A program made the position numbers and the translations under genes. A stretch of 64,000 bases of DNA from an uncultured Thermoplasmatales archaeon (GTDB taxonomy: Archaea > Thermoplasmatota > Penumbrarchaeia > Penumbrarchaeales > Penumbrarchaeaceae), in NCBI GenBank assembly GCA_964445525.1, contig CAYULA010000010.1, forward strand, positions 1,158-65,157, read 5' to 3'. Positions 45,053 through 54,333 of this stretch are shown here, in pieces (within the stretch, counting starts at the first letter, position 1; the number at the start of each line of letters is the position of its first letter). Below the pieces are notes generated by a model. The model made no database searches and was not told where the DNA came from. It saw only the letters and a program-made list of their open reading frames with translations.

Positions 45053-45444
45053 TTAGAATGGGAGTCTCCAAATCGATCTCGCTTATAATTTGAATATAAT
45101 AAAGATGGTCCCGGCTTATTCTTTGATTCAATAAAAAGTGATTACATCTCGAAAATAATTTCAAAATGATCCCGCCCGGCTCCCAGACCTTAGACCAAAA
45201 ATAATGGTTGATAGATTTCTACCGTTTTTGGTCTGGCCAATAATTACAAAATAATTAGAATGGGAGCCTCGAAATCGATCTCGCTTATAATTTGAATATA
45301 ATAAAGATGGTCCCGGCTCCCAGATCGTTGACTAAAAATAATGAAACAATAATGACAACCGTTTTTAGTCATACCAATAATTTTAAAATAATTAAAATGG
45401 GAGCCTATAAAATGATCCTGATTTGAATATAATTAGAATGAAAA
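45053..45444. repeat. three degenerate tandem copies (~140-200 bp) of the tRNA-Tyr 3' flank, each carrying a fragment of the tRNA 3' end
   Basis: TTAGAATGGGAG.CTC.AAATCGATCTCGCTTATAATTTGAATATAATAAAGATGGTCCCGGCT occurs at 45053-45116 and 45255-45318, with a diverged third copy from 45392 running into the real tRNA. tRNA 3'-end fragments lie at 45106-45116, 45175-45187 and 45308-45325. Inverted repeats GAC(C/T)AAAAA...TTTTT(G/A)GTC lie at 45193-45233 and 45330-45370. Confidence 0.8.
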
Positions 45445-45554
45445 TGGTCCCGGCTCCCAGATTTGAACTGGGGATCTAAGGATGTCTGCGGGGTTCCGGA
45501 CAAACCGGTGTCCAACTACAGTCCCCCGCTCTAGCCAGACTAAGCCAAGCCGGG
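45445..45554 (-). tRNA. tRNA-Tyr (anticodon GTA) with a 32-nt intron at 37/38 and encoded CCA
   Basis: Hand-folded. Acceptor CCCGGCT/AGCCGGG (C1:G72), D arm GCTT/GAGC with AGTCTGGCTA loop, anticodon stem GGGGA/TCCTT, loop CTGTAG|intron|A, variable AGATC, T arm CCCAG-TTCAAAT-CTGGG, discriminator A, CCA. Confidence 0.85.
45484..45515 (-). other. tRNA-Tyr intron (TTGGACACCGGTTTGTCCGGAACCCCGCAGAC)
   Basis: Anticodon-loop CTGT can pair with intron GCAG, forming the 4-bp central helix. It is flanked by 3-nt bulges (AG|T and AC|A) holding both splice sites, which is BHB-like. Intron-internal hairpin CCGG-TTTGT-CCGG. Confidence 0.7.
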
Positions 45555-45588
45555 ATCGGTTTGGTTTAGCCCGCATAATATATCAAGG

Positions 45589-45596
45589 TATATAAA
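45589..45596 (-). promoter_or_regulatory. putative TATA box (TTTATATA on minus strand) for tRNA-Tyr
   Basis: 35-42 nt upstream of the mature 5' end at 45554. By-eye motif. Confidence 0.35.
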
Positions 45597-45708
45597 GGTG
45601 AAGGCAACCGTTGAACAATGGCAGGACCCCTCCAAATCCATCAATTTCAATAATCAATAAAGATAACGATAGGATTTTAATCGGTTGGGCTGATCGAATT
45701 ATTACAAC

Positions 45709-48552
45709 ATGAGCAATGAGGTTCAAACCGGAGGTCCCGAGGGACCTGAGCTGATAGGCAGGGAAGAAGAAATGGAGATCCTGATCTCCGCCCTCCAAAA
45801 AGCAGCCGAAGGCAGGGGCTCCATGATCCTGATCGAAGGGGAGGCGGGGATCGGAAAGACCCATCTTCTGAACGATTTCTCACACTCTGCCCGATCCAGT
45901 GGATTCTCCGTTCTGTGGGGAAGGTGCCTGCATTACAGAAAATCAACGCATCTACCCTTCATCGAGATGTTGAAGGATCACTTCGGGGTATCCACACTGG
46001 ATGATTACGAGACAAACAGGGAAAAGGTAAGGAATGGGTTGAACGGGCATCCCATAGTCGAAAAGGACCTCTTCACGGACTTCTCCGATCTTTTCATTCC
46101 CAGGGACGAACCAGTGGGCGGATACAGACTGAAAAAAACGAGATCCAAAGCCTTGATCGATTTCCTTACAGAAAAGGGATACAGGACAATATTCATAAGA
46201 AGCGATGAGGGAATCGAAGAAGCTGAAGACAATCCAGTACCGGAAATCATTCGTTTAGGTCATGACGAGGAAAACTCGATCCCTCCAAACAGGCTTGAGA
46301 GGATCGCAAGGACACTGAAGCTTGCATTCGATAGATACCGGCACCTTGCCGTGGTAAATGAATGCCTGGATACACTAAATGAGAACAATCCAGAGGAAAA
46401 GGTTCGAAACCTGATATCGATCATGGACGAACTGGCTCTGAAGAATTCTGGCATGGTGGTGCACCTTTCGGATGGAGAGGATGGTTCCCTGTCCGAGTTG
46501 AAGGATTTGGGCATACACATCAAGAAAGAATTCGGCAAGGGGAACGGATCAAGCAACGGACAGTTGAAAAATAGAATGTCTGTGAACGACCTTTTCACCA
46601 CCTTCATCAGCGAGGAATCGACACGGATCCCTCAACTCATAGTTCTCGAGGACCTGCAGTGGGGCGATAAACCATCCCTGAACCTACTCCAGTATCTGGC
46701 CAGGAAGATCGTTGACAAGAAGCTCCTTATTATCGGATCCTACAGACCCGAGGAATATGGTCTGGAAGACGACGGACTTAACAAAGCTCCCCTCAGGGAT
46801 GCTCTTCAAAGGATATCCAGGGAGAAATTGTTCGAGACCTTGACCCTTGACAGGCTCAACAGTAGGGACCAGGCCAGAATGATCGAGAGCATAATCGGCG
46901 GAAAAATCGATGAAGCCCTGATCGATGAGGTATCGGAGGAGACCGAGGGGAATCCTCTGCTGATTAAGCAATTCCTTGAGGAAAGAAAGAAAACCAGAAG
47001 TCCTGTGAAACTGGCCGATCAGCTTGAACTGGACGCTATCACCAGAAGGATCGAGAATCTTGATGATAACTCAAAGAAAATGCTCGAGCTGGCATCGGTG
47101 CTCGGGATGGAATCCGGCCTGGATATGCTTGTAAGGGGCCTTGATATAGATGAGGAGGAGGCTCTTGACAGACTTGATTCCCTGCTGAATCTGAGACTTG
47201 TGCAGGAGACAGAGGATGGAGTCAGGTTTGAACACCCGAAGGCACGTACACTGATATACGAATCAATTCAAGAACAGGACCTCAAGCAGCTGCATTCAAA
47301 AGCCGCCTTGCTTCTGGAATCATCCACTGGTCCGAAAGAGGAGAGCAAGATCAGAAAACTTGCGGAACACTACATGTTCAGCGGGGATCTTCACAAAGCC
47401 TACAGAGCATATATCGAGAGTGCCGAAGAACTGACGGAGATGATGGATGACAAAGCTACACTACTGGACCTGGAAAAAGCCCTTCATTGCATAGAGGAAC
47501 TTCCTGCTTCCAAAGAAAAGGACATCCAATTGGTTAAGGTATTGCAGATGATCGGTGATGTCAACGAGAAAGGAGGCGATACCAAGACCGCTCTAATTGC
47601 CTTCAAGAAAGCAGTGGATGTTGCGGAAAAAAGCGACATACCCTACGGACAATCCTCTTCCTACAGGAGGATAGGGGATATCATGCTGAAACTTTTCGAA
47701 TGGGATCAGACCGTAGATTACTATCTCCGTTCACTGCATGTATCGAAAAAAGAGGACGATCAGGAGGAGATCGCAAAGGCCTTCAGAGGATTAGGAATCA
47801 TCTACTACCTCAAGGGGGATTATACGAGGTCGATGGACTGCTACCTGAAATATATGGAATTTCCAAAAAAGGAGAAAAAACCCCTCAATGTATTGGCCCT
47901 GATCGAGGTTGGCAACATATACTTCGAGATGGGAGATTTCAATCAGGCCCTGACCTACTACAAGCTGGGTATCAGGAGAGGAGAGGAGGCGGACCTCAAA
48001 CAGGAATCAGCATATTCATACACCAGGATGGCGAACGTACTCATAAAGCTGAGAGAGCTGGAGGATGCCAAGAGATTCGCTACCTGGGGATTCAACATGG
48101 TCAAGGATCATGTCTCATCGGAGATCTCACAGCGAGTTGTCCTTGAATATATAGAGCTGATGCTGGAGTCGGGGGACCTTGCGAGGGCGGAGGAGGGAAT
48201 GTCTCTGGTGGAGAAGGTTCCCGAGAGGGACCTCGAAGACAGACTCCTGAAAGGCCAGAGATATAGGACGATAGGATTATATCTCTCCAAGAAAAGGGAC
48301 TTCGAAAGCTCCATAGAACACCTGGACAAGGCGCTGGAGATAAATGAATCACTCCAGGTCCCTTTCCAGCTGGGTCTTACAACTCTCTATTACGGACTGG
48401 TTCTTTTCCAGCAGATGAAGGTGGAAGATGCCATGGAGATGCTCAAGAGATCATCCAAGACGTTCAAATCAATAAGCGCTCTGTATTACCTTAACAGGAC
48501 TTCCTCAAAACTCAGGGAACTGACATTCATTAGGGAGAGCATGAACAGCTGA
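45709..48552 (+). CDS. large AAA_16-type (STAND-like) ATPase with a DUF835-like insertion and C-terminal TPR array
   Basis: 947 aa. Walker A GEAGIGKTHLL (K50) and Walker B LIVLEDLQWGD (D315) are separated by about 265 aa. The intervening segment reads ...IFIRSD...EIIRLGHDEENSIPPNRLERIARTLKLAFDRYRHLAVVNECLDTLNENNPEEKVRNLISIMDELALKNSGMVVHLSD. TPR-like repeats run from about residue 560 to the end. Confidence 0.8.
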   Translation: MSNEVQTGGPEGPELIGREEEMEILISALQKAAEGRGSMILIEGEAGIGKTHLLNDFSHSARSSGFSVLWGRCLHYRKSTHLPFIEMLKDHFGVSTLDDYETNREKVRNGLNGHPIVEKDLFTDFSDLFIPRDEPVGGYRLKKTRSKALIDFLTEKGYRTIFIRSDEGIEEAEDNPVPEIIRLGHDEENSIPPNRLERIARTLKLAFDRYRHLAVVNECLDTLNENNPEEKVRNLISIMDELALKNSGMVVHLSDGEDGSLSELKDLGIHIKKEFGKGNGSSNGQLKNRMSVNDLFTTFISEESTRIPQLIVLEDLQWGDKPSLNLLQYLARKIVDKKLLIIGSYRPEEYGLEDDGLNKAPLRDALQRISREKLFETLTLDRLNSRDQARMIESIIGGKIDEALIDEVSEETEGNPLLIKQFLEERKKTRSPVKLADQLELDAITRRIENLDDNSKKMLELASVLGMESGLDMLVRGLDIDEEEALDRLDSLLNLRLVQETEDGVRFEHPKARTLIYESIQEQDLKQLHSKAALLLESSTGPKEESKIRKLAEHYMFSGDLHKAYRAYIESAEELTEMMDDKATLLDLEKALHCIEELPASKEKDIQLVKVLQMIGDVNEKGGDTKTALIAFKKAVDVAEKSDIPYGQSSSYRRIGDIMLKLFEWDQTVDYYLRSLHVSKKEDDQEEIAKAFRGLGIIYYLKGDYTRSMDCYLKYMEFPKKEKKPLNVLALIEVGNIYFEMGDFNQALTYYKLGIRRGEEADLKQESAYSYTRMANVLIKLRELEDAKRFATWGFNMVKDHVSSEISQRVVLEYIELMLESGDLARAEEGMSLVEKVPERDLEDRLLKGQRYRTIGLYLSKKRDFESSIEHLDKALEINESLQVPFQLGLTTLYYGLVLFQQMKVEDAMEMLKRSSKTFKSISALYYLNRTSSKLRELTFIRESMNS

Positions 48553-48602
48553 AATCGTTCGGAAAGCTTTTTCTAAACGGGATTGGTTACCGGGAAAACG
48601 GT

Positions 48603-50171
48603 ATGTCTGAAAACGGCAGAAAAGCCCTTATCTCGGTGTCGGACAAGAATGGGGTGGAAATTCTTGCAAGGGGTCTATCCGATATTGGTTTTGAGATCAT
48701 CTCCTCTGGAGGCACCTTCAGGTACCTAAAAGAGAAGGGCATAGAGTGCAGAAAAGTTGAATCGGTGACGGGATTCCCCGAGATACTGGATGGAAGGGTC
48801 AAGACCCTCCATCCAACCGTATGCGGCGGAATCCTGGGCAGAAGGGATATTGAAAGCCACAGAAAGGAGATGAAGGAACACGGTATCGATCCGATAGATA
48901 TGGTCGTGGTCAATCTCTACCCCTTTGAAAGTACCGTTGAAAACGGTGCAGATCTGGATTGCGCCCTCGAAATGATAGATATCGGCGGTCCTTCATTGAT
49001 CAGGTCCGCTGCAAAAAACCACGAAAATGTTATCGTAATTGTCGATCCAGGAGATTACGATCAGGTTCTGGACAAGCTCAGGGATGGCGATGTGGACATC
49101 GAGACCAGACGCGAACTCGCTCTCAAGGCTTTCATGCTTACCTCCTCCTATGATATCGCAATAGGGAACTGGCTTAGAAATATGTTCCATCCGGATCAGC
49201 CCTGGGGAGATTCCCTCAGGTGGAGGTTCGAAAGATCTCTGGAAACAAGATACGGAGAGAATCCCCACCAGAAGGGAGCCTATTTCATCGATCCTTCCTA
49301 CAAGGGAGTCTCTGTATCCAATTCCGATGTTTTATGGGGCAAGGAGCTGTCATTCAACAATATCTACGATATAGATGCGGCTACAGACATCCTTGTGGAA
49401 TTCCCGGACCAACCCTGCTGTGTAATCATAAAGCACAACAACCCTTCAGGAGTTGCCATATCACGGGAGAGCGAGGGGAGCTCGATGGCGGAAGCATTCG
49501 AGAGGGCTTTCCTCAGCGACCCGCTCTCTGCATTCGGTGGAATAATCGGCCTCAACCGGGAATGCGACCTTCCCACGGCCGAAAGGATCAACCAGAGGTT
49601 CTTCGAGGTTGTGGTTGCTCCATCATTCACAGAGGAGGCATTCGGGGAGCTCAAGAAGAAGAAGAACCTCAGGATAGTCAGGACCAATCAGCCGATAGTT
49701 GGATCGGATCCTCCGGAGACCAGATGCGTGAGGATCAAGGGAGGCCTGCTGGTGCAAACCATGAATTGGCCCGAATGGGACAGCGGTTCGTGGAAGGTAG
49801 TCACCAAAAAAGCACCCTCCGAGGAACAGATAAGGGACCTGATATTTGCTAACAAGGTCACCAAACATGTGAAATCCAACTGCGTTGTAATGGCCAGGGA
49901 TCTTCAAACAGTAGGAATAGGGGCTGGCCAGATGTCCAGGGTTGATTCCTGCTTCATGGCGGGAAAAAAGGCAGGTGAGAACGGGAAGGGATCTGTTCTA
50001 TCATCAGATGCCTTCTTCCCTTTCAGGGACGGTCTGGATGAGTCCATAAATGCAGGTGTGGTCTCGGTTGCCCAACCCGGAGGTTCCATCAGGGATCAGG
50101 AGGTCATAGATGCGGCTGATGAACAGGGCATATCGATGGTCTTCACCGGGGTAAGGCTATTCAAGCATTGA
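48603..50171 (+). CDS. purH: bifunctional AICAR formyltransferase / IMP cyclohydrolase
   Basis: 522 aa. MGS-like N-terminus KALISVSDKNGV...GGTFRYL...RVKTLHP. C-terminal AICARFT domain ending GVRLFKH. Confidence 0.93.
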   Translation: MSENGRKALISVSDKNGVEILARGLSDIGFEIISSGGTFRYLKEKGIECRKVESVTGFPEILDGRVKTLHPTVCGGILGRRDIESHRKEMKEHGIDPIDMVVVNLYPFESTVENGADLDCALEMIDIGGPSLIRSAAKNHENVIVIVDPGDYDQVLDKLRDGDVDIETRRELALKAFMLTSSYDIAIGNWLRNMFHPDQPWGDSLRWRFERSLETRYGENPHQKGAYFIDPSYKGVSVSNSDVLWGKELSFNNIYDIDAATDILVEFPDQPCCVIIKHNNPSGVAISRESEGSSMAEAFERAFLSDPLSAFGGIIGLNRECDLPTAERINQRFFEVVVAPSFTEEAFGELKKKKNLRIVRTNQPIVGSDPPETRCVRIKGGLLVQTMNWPEWDSGSWKVVTKKAPSEEQIRDLIFANKVTKHVKSNCVVMARDLQTVGIGAGQMSRVDSCFMAGKKAGENGKGSVLSSDAFFPFRDGLDESINAGVVSVAQPGGSIRDQEVIDAADEQGISMVFTGVRLFKH

Positions 50172-50193
50172 TCTAATCAATCAATAACAGGAG

Positions 50194-50928
50194 GTGGTTC
50201 GATTGGCATCAACCGGCACATCTGAGGTGGAAAGCAAACCGATTTCGGAAAGCCCCCCTCAGCCCATGAAATCCTCTGTAAAGGCTGCAACCGAAAGCAG
50301 AAAAAAGGTTCGAACCCGGAAGATAGCCGTGCTAGCCTCGGGAAGGGGAACAGATTTTCAGGCCATAGTTGACGCTGCCGAGGCGGGTAAGGTTTCCTAC
50401 GATGTGGCCCTGCTCATATGCAACGAACCGAAGGCTTTCGTTATCGAGAGGGCGAAAAAGCATTCGGTCCCATATGTAATAATTTCCCATAAAGGCAGAA
50501 AAAGAGAGGAATTCGATATTGAGATGCACAGGGTCCTCGAATCCGCCGGGATCGAGCTTGTGGTGCTCGCCGGTTTCATGAGGATACTATCCGACGGATT
50601 CGTCGATCTCTGGCGTGACAGGATAGTCAACATCCACCCTGCTCTGCTGCCTTCATTTCCCGGTGCGAACGCACACAGGGATGCCCTCGAATACGGTGTG
50701 AAGATTACCGGACTGACCATCCATTTCGTGAATGAAACCATGGACGGAGGACCTGTAATTTTTCAGTATCCGGTACCCCTGAAAGATGATGACACTGAAG
50801 AGACACTTTCCATGAGAATACTTGAAAAGGAGCATGAATACTACCCTCTGATCATCGATAAGGTCGTTAAAGGAGAATATGTCAGGAAAGGCAGGAGGGT
50901 AATCTCCCGCCTGAAATATCCCGGGTGA
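50194..50928 (+). CDS. purN: phosphoribosylglycinamide formyltransferase (folate-dependent)
   Basis: KIAVLASGRGTDFQAIV, NIHPALLPSFPG and ETMDGGPVI. About 40-aa N-terminal extension if the GTG at 50194 is used; alternative ATG at 50266. Confidence 0.88.
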   Translation: MVRLASTGTSEVESKPISESPPQPMKSSVKAATESRKKVRTRKIAVLASGRGTDFQAIVDAAEAGKVSYDVALLICNEPKAFVIERAKKHSVPYVIISHKGRKREEFDIEMHRVLESAGIELVVLAGFMRILSDGFVDLWRDRIVNIHPALLPSFPGANAHRDALEYGVKITGLTIHFVNETMDGGPVIFQYPVPLKDDDTEETLSMRILEKEHEYYPLIIDKVVKGEYVRKGRRVISRLKYPG

Positions 50929-50969
50929 AGGTAAAAAGATTAAAAGAGTCTCCTGGAATAGCTAGTCTC

Positions 50970-52946
50970 ATGCCAAGGGACCTCAGGGTCGTATCCAAGT
51001 TCAAACCTGCCGGAGACCAGCCCAAGGCAATCAGGGATGTGGTGGAAGCTTTCGGCGCAGGTGATGATTTCGTCACTCTCCTCGGAGTGACAGGATCCGG
51101 GAAGACATTCACGGTTGCCAATATCATTGAGGAATTGAACTTACCCACACTTGTTATGAGCCACAACAAGACCCTGGCAGCCCAGCTTGCATCGGAATAC
51201 AGGGAGTTCTTCCCCGACAATGCGGTGGAATATTTCGTTTCGTATTACGATTACTATCAACCCGAGGCATACGTCCCCCAGAAGGACCTCTATATCGAGA
51301 AGGACGCATCCATAAACGAAGAGATTGACATGCTCCGCCACAAGGCGACCCAGGCCCTGATGACAAGAAACGATTCAATAGTTGTTTCCTCGGTTTCTTC
51401 CATTTTCGGACTAGGCTCACCGAAGGAGTACATGAAGCATTCACTCATCATCTCCGAGGGGGAGAGGATGCTCAGAAAGGACCTCTACTCCAGGCTCGTG
51501 GAGATGCAGTATACAAGGGGAGAGGGACTGGCGAGAGGAACCTTCAGATCCAGGGGCCAGCTGATAGAGATCGGGGAGGTGGGGAACCGGGTGCTGAGAG
51601 TGGAATTCGAGGACGACAGGATATTCTCCATACAGTACGTGGATCCGGTAACCGGCGAGGTGCTGGATGACATCGAAAAAGCATTGATCTTTCCGGCCAC
51701 CCACTACAACATCGCTCCTGACGAACTGGAGGCCATACTCAAACAGATAGAAAAAGATCTAAAAGAGAGATTGAACTGGTTCAGAAGACACGATAAGCTC
51801 CTGGAGGCTGAGAGGCTCGAGCAGAGGACCAGATACGACCTGGAGATGATAAGGGAGATGGGGACCTGTTCCGGGATAGAGAACTATTCCAGATACTTCG
51901 ACGGCAGGAGGCCGGGTGAACCACCCTATACACTTCTTGATTTCTTCCCTGAGAGATACCTGCTGGTTATCGACGAATCCCACGTCACCGTACCGCAGAT
52001 AGGAGGAATGTACAAGGGCGACAGGTCACGAAAGGAGAACCTGGTGGAGTTCGGGTTCAGGCTTCCGGCTGCCCTTGACAACAGGCCCCTGAAATTCAGG
52101 GAATTCGAAAAAAGGCTATCAATGGTTCTGTTCACCTCGGCTACCCCTGGCCCGTACGAGAAAAGGGTTTCCAAAAAGGTCGTTGAGCAGATCATCAGGC
52201 CCACCGGGCTGGTGGATCCCGAGATAGACATAAGGCCGATAAAGGGACAGCTGGAGGACCTCCTCGCCGAGATAAGAGCAAGGGTGAAAAAGGGCGAGAG
52301 GACGCTGGTGACAACCTTGACAAAGAGGATGGCCGAGATGCTTTCCGATCACCTCAAGGAACTGGGAGTGAAGGTCCACTACCTCCACTCCGACATCAAA
52401 ACACTGGAAAGGATTGAGATATTGACCGATCTTCGGAAAGGAAAATACGATGTGGTTGTGGGGATCAACCTGCTCCGGGAAGGACTCGACCTTCCAGAGG
52501 TGTCACTGGTGGCCATACTTGATGCGGACAAGGAGGGTTTCCTCAGATCCGAAACCTCCCTTATCCAGACCATTGGAAGGGCTGCGAGGAATGTCTCCGG
52601 CAAGGTGATAATGTATGCGGACGACCTGACAGGTTCCATGAAAAGGGCAATCGATGAGACCAACAGAAGAAGGATGGTCCAGACCGAATTCAACAGGAAG
52701 CATGGAATAACCCCCATGTCGATCATCAAGGATATCAAATCCATATTGCCGGATAGAATAGAGGCCCCATCCCAGGGGGTGGAATCTGTTTTCGGAGAGG
52801 AGGACCCCGAGGCCCTCATCGCACACCTGGAGAACGAGATGAAACTGGCGGCCTCCGAGCTCAGGTTCGAGGATGCGGCCATTATCCGCGACAGGCTGGT
52901 CGAGGTCAAAAAGCAATTTATTAAGAAGGGGAGAAAGAAGATCTGA
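50970..52946 (+). CDS. uvrB: excinuclease ABC subunit B
   Basis: FKPAGDQPKAI, Walker A GVTGSGKTFT, DESH box, helicase motifs, and a C-terminal UVR domain (ELRFEDAAIIRDRL). The listed ORF begins at GTG 50925, overlapping the purN stop; ATG 50970 (MPRDLRVVSKF...) fits the usual N-terminus. Confidence 0.93.
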   Translation: MPRDLRVVSKFKPAGDQPKAIRDVVEAFGAGDDFVTLLGVTGSGKTFTVANIIEELNLPTLVMSHNKTLAAQLASEYREFFPDNAVEYFVSYYDYYQPEAYVPQKDLYIEKDASINEEIDMLRHKATQALMTRNDSIVVSSVSSIFGLGSPKEYMKHSLIISEGERMLRKDLYSRLVEMQYTRGEGLARGTFRSRGQLIEIGEVGNRVLRVEFEDDRIFSIQYVDPVTGEVLDDIEKALIFPATHYNIAPDELEAILKQIEKDLKERLNWFRRHDKLLEAERLEQRTRYDLEMIREMGTCSGIENYSRYFDGRRPGEPPYTLLDFFPERYLLVIDESHVTVPQIGGMYKGDRSRKENLVEFGFRLPAALDNRPLKFREFEKRLSMVLFTSATPGPYEKRVSKKVVEQIIRPTGLVDPEIDIRPIKGQLEDLLAEIRARVKKGERTLVTTLTKRMAEMLSDHLKELGVKVHYLHSDIKTLERIEILTDLRKGKYDVVVGINLLREGLDLPEVSLVAILDADKEGFLRSETSLIQTIGRAARNVSGKVIMYADDLTGSMKRAIDETNRRRMVQTEFNRKHGITPMSIIKDIKSILPDRIEAPSQGVESVFGEEDPEALIAHLENEMKLAASELRFEDAAIIRDRLVEVKKQFIKKGRKKI

Positions 52947-53060
52947 CCCGATCCTTGAAAGGATGTCTCTCCGCTGATTATCAAATACATCCCAGTAAGG
53001 TTCATTTAGAGAATACCTATACGGACCGTTGTACGCAAAAAGGACCCCGAAGGTGACCCC

Positions 53061-54269
53061 ATGACACTGACAGAGGATTACATCAGAAAGGACAAAACCT
53101 ACGGAGCAAACAACTACAATCCATTACCCGTCGTTCTCTCGAAAGCGGAAGGTCCCTGGGTGTGGGATGTTGAGGGCAGGAAATATCTGGACTGCCTTTC
53201 AGCCTATTCCGCAGTGAATCAGGGCCACAGACATCCCAGGATCGTCAAGGCCATCAAGGACCAGGTTGACAGACTGGACCTGACAAGCAGGGCATTCCAC
53301 AACGACGTCATGGGAGAATTCCTCAAGCGATTATGCGAATACTCGGGTTTCGAGGTCGCACTCCCCATGAACACGGGAGCCGAGGCGGTGGAAACATCCA
53401 TCAAGCTTGCAAGGAAATGGGGTTACGAGAAAAAAGGTATCGAAAAGGACAAGGCGGAGATCATTGTCTGCTGTGAGAACTTCCACGGAAGGACCACCAC
53501 TATCGTGGGTTTCTCTTCAGATCCCACCTCATACGAGGGTTTCGGACCATCCACACCGGGTTTCAGACTGATACCCTATGATGATGTTCCTGCGCTGAAA
53601 GAGGCCATAAACGAGAATACGGCTGCATTTCTTGTTGAGCCGATACAGGGAGAGGCCGGTGTCAAGGTTCCTTCGGAGGGATACCTGAAAGAGATAAGAA
53701 GGGTATGCTGCGACAGGAACATCCTGCTCATTCTTGACGAGGTGCAGACGGGATTTGCCAGGACGGGAAGGAGGTTCTGCTGGGAGCACGAGGAAGCCAG
53801 ACCCGATGTACTGGTGGTGGGCAAGGCACTGGGAGGAGGGCTCTATCCGGTTTCGGCCATACTATCGGACTGGGACAAGATGGAGGTCTTCACCCCGGGA
53901 TCACACGGGTCCACATTCGGCGGAAATCCCATTGGTTCCGCCGTTGCCATAGCTTCCCTGGACGTTCTGGAAGATGAGAAATTGGATGAGAGGGCCGAGG
54001 AACTTGGAGCCCATTTCAGGAAGAAGCTTTCATCAATCGATTCGGAGAAGATACTCGATGTCAGGGGAAAGGGACTGCTCGTCGCGTTGGAATTGAAGGA
54101 GGAGGCGGGAAAGGCAAGGAATTACTGCAATCTCCTTAGAGAGAAAGGCATTCTTGCAAAGGACACACACGGCCAGACCATAAGGTTCGCTCCTGCCCTG
54201 GTCATCGAAAAGGAGAACCTGAACTGGGCTGCCGGAATAATCGAGGAAGTAATAAAGGAAGATCCCTGA
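53061..54269 (+). CDS. rocD: ornithine aminotransferase (class III PLP aminotransferase)
   Basis: 402 aa. [57 protein letters not shown] and the PLP-lysine context VVGKALGGG. Confidence 0.88.
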   Translation: MTLTEDYIRKDKTYGANNYNPLPVVLSKAEGPWVWDVEGRKYLDCLSAYSAVNQGHRHPRIVKAIKDQVDRLDLTSRAFHNDVMGEFLKRLCEYSGFEVALPMNTGAEAVETSIKLARKWGYEKKGIEKDKAEIIVCCENFHGRTTTIVGFSSDPTSYEGFGPSTPGFRLIPYDDVPALKEAINENTAAFLVEPIQGEAGVKVPSEGYLKEIRRVCCDRNILLILDEVQTGFARTGRRFCWEHEEARPDVLVVGKALGGGLYPVSAILSDWDKMEVFTPGSHGSTFGGNPIGSAVAIASLDVLEDEKLDERAEELGAHFRKKLSSIDSEKILDVRGKGLLVALELKEEAGKARNYCNLLREKGILAKDTHGQTIRFAPALVIEKENLNWAAGIIEEVIKEDP

Positions 54270-54333
54270 GATGGGATCCTTACCCGCGTAAGGGTGTAAA
54301 ATAATATCATTGATCGAGTGGTAGGGGGTCCAA

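Noticed and set aside
44198-45708. Integrated virus, plasmid or island at tRNA-Tyr
   Set aside because: tRNA 3'-end duplicates exist but are only 130-340 bp from the tRNA. No integrase, transposase or viral genes are visible on either side within the window, so only scars or mini-elements can be claimed.
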